From contig JAWAZL010000002.1 of NCBI GenBank assembly GCA_038817485.1, positions 2,918 through 66,917 on the forward strand: 64,000 nucleotides of DNA. Reading direction: 5' to 3'. Made by a program: the position numbers and the translations under genes. This DNA is from Nitrososphaerota archaeon. Lineage in GTDB: Archaea > Thermoproteota > Nitrososphaeria_A > Caldarchaeales > JAVZCJ01. Of the stretch, positions 31,358-41,317 are shown in pieces. Under the pieces are notes generated by a model that had not been told where the DNA came from, searched no databases, and saw only the letters and a list, made by a program, of their open reading frames with translations. Positions within the stretch are counted from its first letter, which is position 1, and each line of letters opens with the position of its first letter.

Positions 31358-32371
31358 ATGAAAAACTTTAAAATTAAGTTATTAAAAGCACTTCATTATA
31401 GAATGATAAATATGAAACAAATATATAAAGAAAAAACAATATTGAATGCTATAAATCATCTTAAGAGAAAAGAAATGCTTTCTATTCTTAAAATACAAAC
31501 TACAGTAATAAAAACGATAGAAAATTTTATGATTTCAAGAGGATTTTTGCAATTAATGCCAATTATTACTGCTAATATTACAGATCCATTAGGTCCAGAT
31601 CCAGGAAGTGCCATAGTAGCCATTCCTAAAATAAAATATTACAACAAAGAATTGGTTTTAACACAAAGTATGATATTACATAAACAATTAGCATTATTAA
31701 GTGGAGCAGACAAAATATTCATAATGTCTCCAAATATAAGATTAGAAAATAGTTCTAGAAAAGAAACTTGCAAACATTTAATTGAATTTACTCAAATGGA
31801 TTTTGAAATAAAAAATGGAACAATGAATGATGTTATGTCTTTAATTGAAGACCTTATAATAGAAGTTATATCTAAAGTATTAAAAGAAAGAGAAGAAGAT
31901 TTAAAAATATTAGGAAGAGAATTAAAAATTCCCCAAAAACCTTTTAAAGTATATACTACACATGAACTTGAAGAAATTTATGGGAAAAATTGGGAAATAG
32001 AGGCTTCATTAAAACATGAACATCCTTTTTGGGCAATATGTTTTAAAAGAGAATTCTATGATAGAGAAGATCCTGAAAATCCTGGGCATTATAGAAACTA
32101 TGACTTAATATATCCAGAAGGTTTTGGAGAAGCTTTATCTGGAGGAGAAAGGGAATGGAATTATGATAGAATATTAACAAGGATTAAAAAAGATGGTTTA
32201 AACCCTAAGAATTTTAAAGAATATTTAGAAGTTGCAAAAATGGGTTTATTATCTCCTAGTGCTGGAGCTGGAATAGGTATAGAAAGACTTGTTAGATTTT
32301 TAACAGGTGCAAAACACATAGGTGATATACAACCTTTTAGAAGAGTTCCGGGTGAAGAAATAGTTTTTTAA
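31358..32371 (+). CDS. asnA: Archaeal asparagine synthetase A (truncated AsnRS paralog)
   Basis: TDPL.PDP, LTQSMILHKQ, SPNIRLE, HLIEFTQ.DFE, SGGERE, GAGIGIERL; no anticodon-binding domain. Confidence 0.88.
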   Translation: MKNFKIKLLKALHYRMINMKQIYKEKTILNAINHLKRKEMLSILKIQTTVIKTIENFMISRGFLQLMPIITANITDPLGPDPGSAIVAIPKIKYYNKELVLTQSMILHKQLALLSGADKIFIMSPNIRLENSSRKETCKHLIEFTQMDFEIKNGTMNDVMSLIEDLIIEVISKVLKEREEDLKILGRELKIPQKPFKVYTTHELEEIYGKNWEIEASLKHEHPFWAICFKREFYDREDPENPGHYRNYDLIYPEGFGEALSGGEREWNYDRILTRIKKDGLNPKNFKEYLEVAKMGLLSPSAGAGIGIERLVRFLTGAKHIGDIQPFRRVPGEEIVF

Positions 32372-32410
32372 AAATATACTTTATTATTTTTAATTTTAGA
32401 ACGATATTTC

Positions 32411-32460
32411 TATTACCAGAAATATCTTCTTACCATATTTTAGTCTTCCTTTCTAGAAGC
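32411..32460 (-). repeat. Second, degenerate tandem copy of the TnpB-element right end
   Basis: tattaccagaaatatcttcttaccatattttagtcttcctttctagaa versus tattgccagaatagcttcctaccatagtctagcccctccttctggaa at 32591. Confidence 0.65.
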
Positions 32461-32590
32461 ATAATGAACCCTTTATTTTATTGAAAAATTAACTTAAGTA
32501 GAGCTTGGTTTATATCTGTCTAAGAATTTCGATAGTTCTTTCTATGTATTCTTAAAAGCATTTATATGAGAATTGTTTATTAATCATAAT

Positions 32591-32837
32591 TATTGCCAGA
32601 ATAGCTTCCTACCATAGTCTAGCCCCTCCTTCTGGAACCCGCCTATACTCAGGTTGAAAGAGTATGGGTGGCACTCCTCCCATCAGGAGGCGACCGCAGG
32701 ATAACTAAGCTATCCAACCCTTTTCATTGCTAATTTGTTGAATTAGCTCGGGCTTCTGCTTCAGGTATTCTTCCTTAGCAGAATGCTGGTTTCCTATGGG
32801 TAGGAAGCTTGGTTCTGGCTACCTTTCCCTTAAGCCC
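32591..32837 (-). ncRNA. Putative omegaRNA/reRNA scaffold of the TnpB element
   Basis: GC-rich island directly downstream of the tnpB stop; long closing duplex 32595-32617 with 32794-32819; internal hairpins. Confidence 0.65.
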
Positions 32838-33992
32838 TTAGGCATTGGGAAAAGCAACCTTTCTAAGATATTCAATTGTTCTTTTTGCAATATTGTTTGA
32901 AGCATTTAAATGTTTATCAAATTTATATCCACATTGCATTCAAACATTCTCCCATTTATTTTTCCATAGCTTTCGCATTTGCTACATATATTTGAAGTAT
33001 TCTTTGCTTTTACTAATGTTTGTTTTAGATTTCTTTGATTTTTACTAAAAGTCGGTATATATGTTAATACTTTCATAGAATAATTCCACAGACTCTTTTC
33101 AAATGTTCTTTTTATTATTTTTCTAAGCCATTCTGCACTCTTTTTATTTGTTTTCTTGCTATCGTTTCCAGCTTCATAGTCTTTAAGATTTTCAAATGAA
33201 ATTATTGCAATTTCACAATTATATTGTTTTATACTCTCTAATGCAATATCAATAAGCTTTTTAGAAGTCTTCTCTATCCAATCTTTATTTTGTCTTTGTA
33301 TTCTTTTGTTTATTCTTTGGAATAATTCATTGTATTTTACTGAAACTCCATGATTTTCTTGTAATCTCCATTTTACAATTTCTTGGAATTGATGGCTTTT
33401 AATTTTTGGTTTAATAAAAGCAAATTTCATTGGTTTTATTGAATTATCTTTAGTATTCCATATCCATAAAGAATAAGCTACGCCATGTTTTGAATTTAAA
33501 TCAACACCTATTACTGCAATTCTTTGTAGTTCCTTAAATTCTTCTTTAGTTAATAGTTTAATGTTTTTCTTTAAAATTACATGCAATTCCCAAATGTCCT
33601 TTTTTGATTATTTCTCTTCTTTTATGATGCCCTTTCTTATAACTTGGTGGTAGAACTCTTATCATCGTAGCTTTTGCTCCATTTTCAATTTCTTTTTTAA
33701 GATAATCCATTTGTTTTCAGCAATTTTTATTGGAGTCCTTTTATATTTTCTCTAAAGATGTTAACCATATTATATTATTTTCAAAGTCTATATTGAAACC
33801 AGTTTCGCAAAATGTTAAATGAGATACATTGAATTTATTGAATAGTTTCATTGAAGCTTTTAATGTTGATAGTAAATCAAATTCTATATTTCTTCTATAT
33901 CTATACTTTGCAATATTCCAAGCATTTAATATATTATAAAGATATTCATTATTATCAATAGTTTTTAATTTTACAATTTTCCTTATTTGCAT
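32838..33992 (-). pseudogene. tnpB: TnpB/Cas12f-like RNA-guided nuclease with four single-base frameshifts
   Basis: RuvC-I GVDLN, RuvC-II FENL, TS..CSKC...C.CG zinc finger, reframed C-terminus CGYKFDKHLNASNNIA; no tnpA nearby. Confidence 0.8.
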
Positions 33993-34262
33993 AATATCAC
34001 CTCCTAGAGCTAGAGCAAGCTATGTAAGAATAGAAAATTCCCTAGAATTCTAAGAAAAATTAAAAAATGGATTTTAGAAAATAGCTATCGCTAAGAAAAA
34101 GCTACTCTATAGCTTACTCCAAAAGCTCCAATATATAATATTAATTACTTCTTTATAGACATTCTGATGGAATTCAGAGAGCACTTAGATGGAACTTAGA
34201 AGAATTTAGATATTTTTCTATATTTAAAATAGAATAAAAATCTTGTTTTTATTTCTTTAAAT

Positions 34263-34545
34263 ATTTTAGAAATTATTCATAAGTATGAAAAATATGGGAA
34301 AATAAATAAAACATTTATAAAACCTAAGAAAAAGGCGGACAATATTTCAGAACAGCAATTAAATATAGTAGCTTCTATTCCTTATATTGGAGAAAAATAT
34401 GCAGAAAGATTATTAAAAAATTTAAAAACTATAAAGAATAATTAATAAATGTAACCCTCAAACATTAAGTTTAGTAGCTAATATTCCTCCAAAAAATGCT
34501 TATAAAATTTGGTTAATTTTAAATAAAGAAAATAAAGAATTATGA
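34263..34545 (+). pseudogene. XPF/ERCC4 nuclease C-terminal HhH remnant
   Basis: EQQLNIVASIPYIGEKYAERLL...TIKN, then a frameshift to LVANIPPKNAYKIW. Confidence 0.65.
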
Positions 34546-34715
34546 TAAAAATAATGCTTTCAATATGTTCTTATAAAGATATAAAAACAAGAGAAATAAA
34601 TGATAAAATTTGGATAATATTTTCTCCAATTAGAATAATAATAACATTAAAAGGAAATTCTTTTTTTAACATTTATATAAAATTCTCAAAGTTTATATGT
34701 ATTTATTTTTTTCTT
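34542..34715 (+). pseudogene. A24 prepilin/preflagellin peptidase N-terminal remnant
   Basis: CSYKDIKTREINDKIW motif; ATGA overlap with the XPF remnant. Confidence 0.6.
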
Positions 34716-35078
34716 TTATGTTATAAGTGGTTTTTCTACTCCCTTCACAGCTTTTAATGCTACTATTTTTGATAGGTAATTGTTTATTGTGACTATTGTC
34801 CCCCAAGTAACGAATGTGACAATTGACATAGCTGTACCCACGGTAGACATTTCGTGAAGCATTATTGGTATATCTGCAGGATTAGCCATAGCTGTTAGGA
34901 ATGGTGGCCATGGTACTACTTCTCCATGCCAAACATGCTCAAGCGCTAATAGTATTACGCCTCCCCATAATAGTGAGTTTAGCAAGCCTAACTTTAATTT
35001 TTCAGCTAATTTTCTTGCAGCTTTCTGCATGATAGTTGTTATGATTGCTAAACCCATGGGAACTAGAAAACAAGCCAT
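34716..35078 (-). CDS. Hypothetical membrane protein (ACF..P, LLWGG, EHVWHGE)
   Basis: Three hydrophobic segments, His-rich motif, purine-rich SD. Confidence 0.8.
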   Translation of the reverse strand: MACFLVPMGLAIITTIMQKAARKLAEKLKLGLLNSLLWGGVILLALEHVWHGEVVPWPPFLTAMANPADIPIMLHEMSTVGTAMSIVTFVTWGTIVTINNYLSKIVALKAVKGVEKPLIT

Positions 35079-35089
35079 ACCCTTACCCC

Positions 35090-35119
35090 AGTATTACTAA
35101 ATTTAAATTTAGTAATACT
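35090..35119. promoter_or_regulatory. Perfect 30-bp palindrome containing a NikR-type box GTATTA-N16-TAATAC
   Basis: agtattactaaattt|aaatttagtaatact between two divergent genes. Confidence 0.7.
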
Positions 35120-35168
35120 AATATATAAGTTTTTAATAATCATTATAGTATAAAGCGGGGGAAGTGTT

Positions 35169-35462
35169 ATGTGGCTCGTGATCCTTGCATTCTCTTCAGT
35201 AATTTCTACTGCTATATGGTATTCGCAAGCTGAAGAAGATAAGTACATGCTTAAATTTCTTAGTTTAATACTTTGGGGAGCAACAATAATGGTTTTTGTT
35301 GATCATATTGCGAGATATTTAACAGAAGGTGGAGAATTCTTCGAGTTAACTAGTGATGCTATGCTTTTAGGCTTTATTTTATTAATTGTAGCACTTTTAA
35401 TTTGGGAAATAGCTTTATTACTTAAAGATCCTAAAGGTGTACTTTATAAAAGAAGTAGATAA
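35169..35462 (+). CDS. Hypothetical membrane protein (LILWGA..M.FVDH)
   Basis: Three hydrophobic segments; motif echoes the divergent neighbour. Confidence 0.8.
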   Translation: MWLVILAFSSVISTAIWYSQAEEDKYMLKFLSLILWGATIMVFVDHIARYLTEGGEFFELTSDAMLLGFILLIVALLIWEIALLLKDPKGVLYKRSR

Positions 35463-35789
35463 AAACTCTTACTATATCCTTTTTTTCTTTAGGTTTAACA
35501 AATAATGTTTTATCATTATTAGATAACATTTTACATATAATCATATTTAAAAATTTCAATAGTATTAACAACTGAATAATCCATACATTTTATTGCATAT
35601 TCTGTTATATATATTATGTGAAGCGTTATTAAAAACATTATCAAATTTAAGAATGGGTAATCTTCATTTATTTTTTCATTTTTAATAACATTTTTTAATT
35701 TCTCAATAAGTGCGTTGCACTCACTTTATTTTTCATGTATAGAAATAAATATTTAATAAGGAGATTATAGAAAAAAATTTATAGTTTCA

Positions 35790-36608
35790 ATGAAAGATTC
35801 AAGTATTATTTTAAAAGAAATTAAATGTAAATCCTTATTAAATAAAAGTTTTCTAGCTGACTATTGTATTAACCCCTATATTGGTTGTCAACATGGGTGC
35901 GTATACTGTTATGCTGATTATTACACAAAAAAATACACATCCCATAAAGAAAAATGGGGCACGTTTATTGATATAAAAATTAATGCGTTGGAAATTTTAA
36001 AAAAAGAAATTAGGAAGAAAAGAAAAGGCACAGTTTTTATAAGTAGTTTGACCGATGCTTATCAACCAATTGAAAGAAAATATGAAATAACTAGAAAAAT
36101 ACTTGAAGAGCTCTTAAAATATCAATTCCCAATTACTATTCAAACAAAATCTTCATTAATTTTAAGAGATATAGATTTACTTTCTAAATTTAAAAATTGT
36201 GAAATAGGATTTACAATAACCACTCTAAATGAAGATAGTAAAAGAATATTTGAGCCATATTCTTCTTCAATAGAAGAGAAAATTAATGCATTGGAAATTT
36301 TAAGTGAAAAGAAAATAAAAACATACATATTCTTTGGACCAATATTACCTTATGTATCAGATATCGATCTTGAAAATTATTTTAAAACTATTTCAAAATT
36401 TAGAATAAAATATGTCTACATAGATAAGCTTAATTTAAAGCCAGGAGTATGGGATAGATTAGAAAAAACACTTGATATTAATTATCCTGAACTTATTGAT
36501 AAATGGGAGAGTATATTTTTTCAAAGGGATAATTATTATAAAGAATTAAAAAAAGAAATAATAAAACTCTGCGAGAAAAACGGTATAAAATATATTTTCT
36601 GCTATTAA
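35790..36608 (+). CDS. Radical SAM protein, SplB-like family
   Basis: INPYIGCQHGCVYCYA, SSLTDAYQP.E, TKS.LI.RD. Confidence 0.88.
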   Translation: MKDSSIILKEIKCKSLLNKSFLADYCINPYIGCQHGCVYCYADYYTKKYTSHKEKWGTFIDIKINALEILKKEIRKKRKGTVFISSLTDAYQPIERKYEITRKILEELLKYQFPITIQTKSSLILRDIDLLSKFKNCEIGFTITTLNEDSKRIFEPYSSSIEEKINALEILSEKKIKTYIFFGPILPYVSDIDLENYFKTISKFRIKYVYIDKLNLKPGVWDRLEKTLDINYPELIDKWESIFFQRDNYYKELKKEIIKLCEKNGIKYIFCY

Positions 36609-36722
36609 ATCTAAAATCGATATTTATTAAAATCAAATTATAAGAAAGTTGAATTATAGGTTCTTTGAGAATTAAAAATTATTGAAGTAGTTTAAGAATT
36701 TATTTTTTTATTACGCTAAAAA

Positions 36723-37559
36723 TTAAGTTTCACTTGATTCGAGCATTTTCTTAACTATTATTTCTGATTTATTAGTTGCTGCCTCAACTGCTTTCATTAT
36801 AGCAGTTCTAATACTGCTATTTTCAACTTCATATATTGCTTCAATAGTTACACCTGCAGGTGTAACAACCATATCTTTAAGCTCAGCAGGATGTTTCCCA
36901 GTTTCAAGAACTAATTTTCCTAATCCTATAAATGCTTGAGCAGAAGAAAGTAAAGAAAGATCTCTTGGTAAACCAACTTTTAAACCTGCGTAACTTAAAG
37001 CTTCTAATACGACAGCTAAATAAGCAGGCGCACTTCCACTCAAAGCGGTTATTGCATTCATGAATTTTTCTTCTACTCTAGCATATTTTCCCATTGCTTT
37101 AAATATCGTTTCAGCTTTTTTAATATCTTCTTCACTTACATCTTCTTCTAAACAATATGCAGTGAAAGACTCTTGCACTAAAATAGCTATATTAGGCATT
37201 GCTCTTATAAATCTAGCTTTAGGGATTGTTTTTTTAAGAAGAGAAAGGGGAATAGCTGCTGCTACTGAAATAACAAGTTTATTTTCTATTTCTTTTTCTA
37301 TTTCTTTTAATACATTTATAATATCATGTGGTTTAACAGATAATATTATAATATCTGCTTTTGAAGCAGCAAGTTTATTATTGGAAGTAATTTCAACTCC
37401 CATTTTTTCAAGATCTTTTAATTTTTCTATATTCCTTCTAGTTGCTATAAGCTTTTTAAAACCTTCCTTTAATAAACTTTTTACAATAGCAGTACCTATA
37501 GTACCAGCTCCTATAATAGCAATAGTATTTTCTTTATAGGATTTCTCTAATCCAGACAT
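36723..37559 (-). CDS. proC: Pyrroline-5-carboxylate reductase
   Basis: IIGAG.IG, SVKP, RAMPN, TALSGSAPAY, VVTPAGVTI. Confidence 0.93.
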   Translation of the reverse strand: MSGLEKSYKENTIAIIGAGTIGTAIVKSLLKEGFKKLIATRRNIEKLKDLEKMGVEITSNNKLAASKADIIILSVKPHDIINVLKEIEKEIENKLVISVAAAIPLSLLKKTIPKARFIRAMPNIAILVQESFTAYCLEEDVSEEDIKKAETIFKAMGKYARVEEKFMNAITALSGSAPAYLAVVLEALSYAGLKVGLPRDLSLLSSAQAFIGLGKLVLETGKHPAELKDMVVTPAGVTIEAIYEVENSSIRTAIMKAVEAATNKSEIIVKKMLESSET

Positions 37560-37646
37560 TAAAATTCTTAAGCTATTTTCAAGTATTAAAGTTTTTGCAT
37601 TTTTGTTTAATATATTTTTTACCGTCTTATTTTATATTAGCCTTTT

Positions 37647-38705
37647 TTATATATAAAAATTAAATAATAAACAATTTAACTTTCTGACAGAGAAAATGGA
37701 ACACGCTTTTCTTTTTTTCTTAAGAAATGGAAATACTAGTATACCCACCCCTATTATTGCAAATATTGCAGCTATATAAGCTGGAGGTAAAAGACTTGTA
37801 CGTGTTTTTTCAAATTCTTTTGGAATCGTAATTTTTACTTCTCCTAAATCAGTTTGTAGGAGCATGACATCCCCTTCCATTCTTATTATTTTACCACGAA
37901 TTGTGCCAACATCAGTTTTAATTATTGCGCTATCTTCTTCGATATGAGTTACTTTAGCATTTATATTATTCAATGTAACATTTACCACCCCAATATCCGT
38001 CTGAATTTCAGCTATTTCTTCAATAATCCTTTTTATTTTTGCATTTATGCTAATTAAATCAGTTTCTATCATACCAAGGTCAGTATTTATTGCTACTAAA
38101 GTCTTATTAATAGAAACGATTTTTCCATTAATTGTTTCAATATCTGCTTTAATTAAACCAATACTTGTTTGTATAGTAGCTATTCTACCAGATATTGAAG
38201 TTAAGTTTGCATTTATGGAAGATATATTCACTTTTATTATACCAATATCTGTTTGTATAGTAGCTATTTTATTTTCAATCGATATTAATTTAGAATCCCA
38301 TGATGTAAGTTTATCACTTATGAGAAAACTTTTTAGGGATATGCCCCTAGAAATATTTCCACCACCTAAATCATATACTGCACTAACAACTAATGCGTAG
38401 AGACCAGTTAAAGCATTTAATGGAATTTGACATTTTGCTTTATAAAGTCCTGTTGCTATATGAGTTAAAGATATTGAAATAGAAGTAGGTCCATACAAAT
38501 TTAAAGTAATGGTAGAAGGATTTACAGCTGTTCCATTATAACTTATTAATATATAAAATTCTGCAATTTCTCCTCTAAAATATATCGCTCCTGTATCTAT
38601 TTCAATATCCAATGGTAAAATAGCATACGTAATTTTTGTGTACGATTGGAAAGATAAAAATAAGACTAGAATAAAAATTAAAAATTTTCTTAAAGAGCTT
38701 AACAT
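37647..38705 (-). CDS. Secreted/membrane-anchored protein with 28-aa IxTDxG repeats
   Basis: Signal peptide, beta-rich domain, six IxT(D/S)xG units, C-terminal TM with KKKRK tail. Confidence 0.8.
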   Translation of the reverse strand: MLSSLRKFLIFILVLFLSFQSYTKITYAILPLDIEIDTGAIYFRGEIAEFYILISYNGTAVNPSTITLNLYGPTSISISLTHIATGLYKAKCQIPLNALTGLYALVVSAVYDLGGGNISRGISLKSFLISDKLTSWDSKLISIENKIATIQTDIGIIKVNISSINANLTSISGRIATIQTSIGLIKADIETINGKIVSINKTLVAINTDLGMIETDLISINAKIKRIIEEIAEIQTDIGVVNVTLNNINAKVTHIEEDSAIIKTDVGTIRGKIIRMEGDVMLLQTDLGEVKITIPKEFEKTRTSLLPPAYIAAIFAIIGVGILVFPFLKKKRKACSIFSVRKLNCLLFNFYI

Positions 38706-38791
38706 ATCGTTTATATCTATAATAATGGTGGCTTAAAAATTTTCTTTTCTTCACAAAAAGGTTTAAATAATTTAATAATTAATGTATACTC

Positions 38792-38938
38792 ATGAAAAAA
38801 TTAACAAAAGATCAAGTATTAACCTCAATTTCTATCATTATACTACTTTTTACAGCAATGATTAATTGGAATGTTTATTCATGGTTAATTCTAATTGCTA
38901 TAATTATAATATTAATTGCATGGTATTTCAAAAAATAA
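38792..38938 (+). CDS. Small 2-TM protein, 48 aa (not in ORF track)
   Basis: MKKLTKDQVLTSISIIILLFTAMINWNVYSWLILIAIIIILIAWYFKK; TTTAAATA box about 28 nt upstream. Confidence 0.55.
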   Translation: MKKLTKDQVLTSISIIILLFTAMINWNVYSWLILIAIIIILIAWYFKK

Positions 38939-39515
38939 ATTAATTTATCATAAATTTTTACATATTTAGAATCAGAATCCTAATGTTCTTTATTTATATA
39001 GAAAACTTAAATATTGTTACATATTCTTTATAAAATGTGATTTTTATTCCTTTTTAAAAGATAAATTTAACTTTAATTCTAAATTCTTCTTCCATATATT
39101 TTCACTTTACAATATTTTATTAAATTTTATTATAGTTAAATTATTAAATTTAAAAACATATACTTAATATTTAGTTTCAAATTTATGACAACCATTTAAA
39201 ATTATTATTTTTTTTATTTCTTAATAAATAATATTTCTTTTCCAGAATTTGTTAATATTATATTTTTCTCTAATTATTTTTATTAACCCTAATTCTTCAA
39301 TTTCTTGTTTCCTAATTGTTACTACTTCAAATTGTTTTAAAGTAGGCTCATAATATTATTTTGTGATAGAGTTTAAATGAATTTAGAATTTATGACTTAT
39401 CTTTATTTTCCCTTTTTTTTTAAAAAATAGCAACTTAAGTTTTAATTGAAATTTATTGTATAAAAATCTTCTAATATTCATTTAGTAGCATAAGTAATGT
39501 AAAATAGTAAATTTA

Positions 39516-39623
39516 TGCCGGGGGTGGGATTTGAACCCACGACAACCGGAATTCATCTTTCTTGATTATGAATCCAGCCAGTCTTGGGGTCCGGCACTCT
39601 AAGCCAGTCTGAGTTACCCCGGC
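39516..39623 (-). tRNA. tRNA-Met(CAU), elongator type, with two introns (32/33: 39572-39588; 38/39: 39551-39565)
   Basis: GCCGGGG/CCCCGGC acceptor, GTGGG-TTCAAAT-CCCAC T arm; removing two BHB-like introns gives CCGGA-CT-CAT-AA-TCCGG. Confidence 0.9.
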
Positions 39624-39860
39624 TTTATCCCCATGTAAAAAATTATTATATACTTACAACTTTATTAATTTTTACAACATTCATTCAAAAATATGAGTAA
39701 TACTTTCCCAAAAAATAGACTTACATAAAGACTTTCTAAAAAGAGGAATTTTTAGTTTTTAAATTTTTTATAATCCAGTATCATCCAATTTTTCATTATT
39801 TAAGATTTTAGTATAATATTATTTGGAAAAATAATAGAAAATTTATGAACTATATATTTT

Positions 39861-40418
39861 TTATCCCCACCACATCTTCTTTAATGGCATAGCTATTATC
39901 TCTCTTACTTCAAGTCTTTTATTTTTATCTTTACTGAAAATTTCTTTTGTAGTTGTAGATCTTGCTACTATTGCTGTATCAGCTCCTCTATCCGTACCTC
40001 CGACTCCTATAACATCTTCATATAAATTTATGACTCCTTCATCTGCAGCTATTAAAATTACTTCTATTGCAACTTTAAATCCTTGACCTAATGTATAAAA
40101 CGCATTCCTTATATCATCCATTCCTTTTCCATGAAGTGGTAAACGAGTTTCATCAATAGCAATTCCTCCAAGTTTTATTACTTCCTCTTTAAACTTAGGA
40201 TTCATTTTTTCATAAGATACTGCTACTACTTTAGCTATATCTTTAAGTGCTTTTGCAAATTTTAAACCTGTTTCACCGGATGTGCTAGCAACAATTACAG
40301 TATTAACATCTTTTTCTTTAATTCTTTCATAAACAGCTTTTATTACCTCATCAGTATTTTCAGGACCATAATTTTTAAAATATATTATTGATTTTTTTAT
40401 TTCAGTCATATCTATCAT
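39861..40418 (-). CDS. Pyruvate kinase C-terminal alpha/beta-like domain protein
   Basis: YF...GPENT, IVASTSGETG, LGQGFKVAIEV..AAD.G, GGT.RGADTA. Confidence 0.82.
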   Translation of the reverse strand: MIDMTEIKKSIIYFKNYGPENTDEVIKAVYERIKEKDVNTVIVASTSGETGLKFAKALKDIAKVVAVSYEKMNPKFKEEVIKLGGIAIDETRLPLHGKGMDDIRNAFYTLGQGFKVAIEVILIAADEGVINLYEDVIGVGGTDRGADTAIVARSTTTKEIFSKDKNKRLEVREIIAMPLKKMWWG

Positions 40419-40666
40419 TAGTTCTTATCATTTTAAAATATAAAAACTTTACTAAGTTATAAAAATTTATTAAATCAAAGAAAGGGTAAATGATATTTAC
40501 TAACAAATATTTTCAAATATTAGATTTTTAGAAATTTAAGACTTTTTATTAAGAGCTTTTTAAGATTGAATTAAGTTTTTCCTTTTAAGCTGATATTTTT
40601 TTGAAAATAAAGATTATTATAGAGTTTATAAAACTATTTATTAAAAATTATATTTCGAATGAATAA

Positions 40667-40786
40667 CGCGGTGGGGGGGAATTTCTTGTGGCAGGCACAT
40701 ATGCCTACCACATTTTGAACCCCCGAGATCCAAAACGGATCACAGGCTTAGCAGGCCTGCCCCCTACCTGGCTAGGGCACCACCGC
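40667..40786 (-). tRNA. tRNA-Ser(GCU) with a 33-nt intron in the T loop (59/60; 40681-40713)
   Basis: CAGGC-CT-GCT-AA-GCCTG anticodon arm, long variable arm, G discriminator; TTCAAA|T interrupted by an 11-bp hairpin. Confidence 0.9.
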
Positions 40787-40889
40787 AATTATCCTTATTC
40801 AAGATATAATATTAAAAGTACATATATAAATACTTTAATACTTACAAATTCCTTTTTATAACATCTCTTTAAAAATTTTTTATAAAAAA

Positions 40890-41220
40890 GGGTGACGAGG
40901 GCTCCTCGAGGTGGGCACGTCGTTTCTTAAGTTTATCTTTCAATTCCTTTCTCCAGTGCGTTTGCCTTGAAGCGAAGATGCCTCGCCTTATGGCTGCTCT
41001 CTCCCGAGCCTGACCAGGTTCGGCGAGTTAGGATAATCCTTAACCTTCCCTACGGAAGGAGGATTACCCTACATCCCCCCTCAAGGGCGCACCTTCCTTG
41101 AAAGGAATTGAAAGTAAACTTAAGGCGTACATGCCGCCCTCAAGGTTACTGGCCCCTGCATATAGCCGGTTTCAGGTTAATAGGAGACGGCTAGCCTCCC
41201 AGCCCTTCCCCCCGTCACCC
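40890..41220 (-). ncRNA. ffs: Archaeal SRP (7S) RNA
   Basis: About 330-nt GC-rich island, terminal GGGTGACG/CGTCACCC helix, long helix 5, helix 8 GUCAGGCUC-GGGA-GAGAGCAGC. Confidence 0.9.
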
Positions 41221-41317
41221 ATTAAATATATTACAAAGGAAAATTTAACGATTTATTTTTATTTAAATAAAGAGAAAATTTATTTTTATATGGATTTTCA
41301 TTATTCTTTCAAAAATA

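Noticed and set aside
32838..33992. Programmed frameshifting or BHB introns explaining the tnpB breaks
   Set aside because: Four separate single-base indels in short homopolymers with no BHB or stimulatory structure
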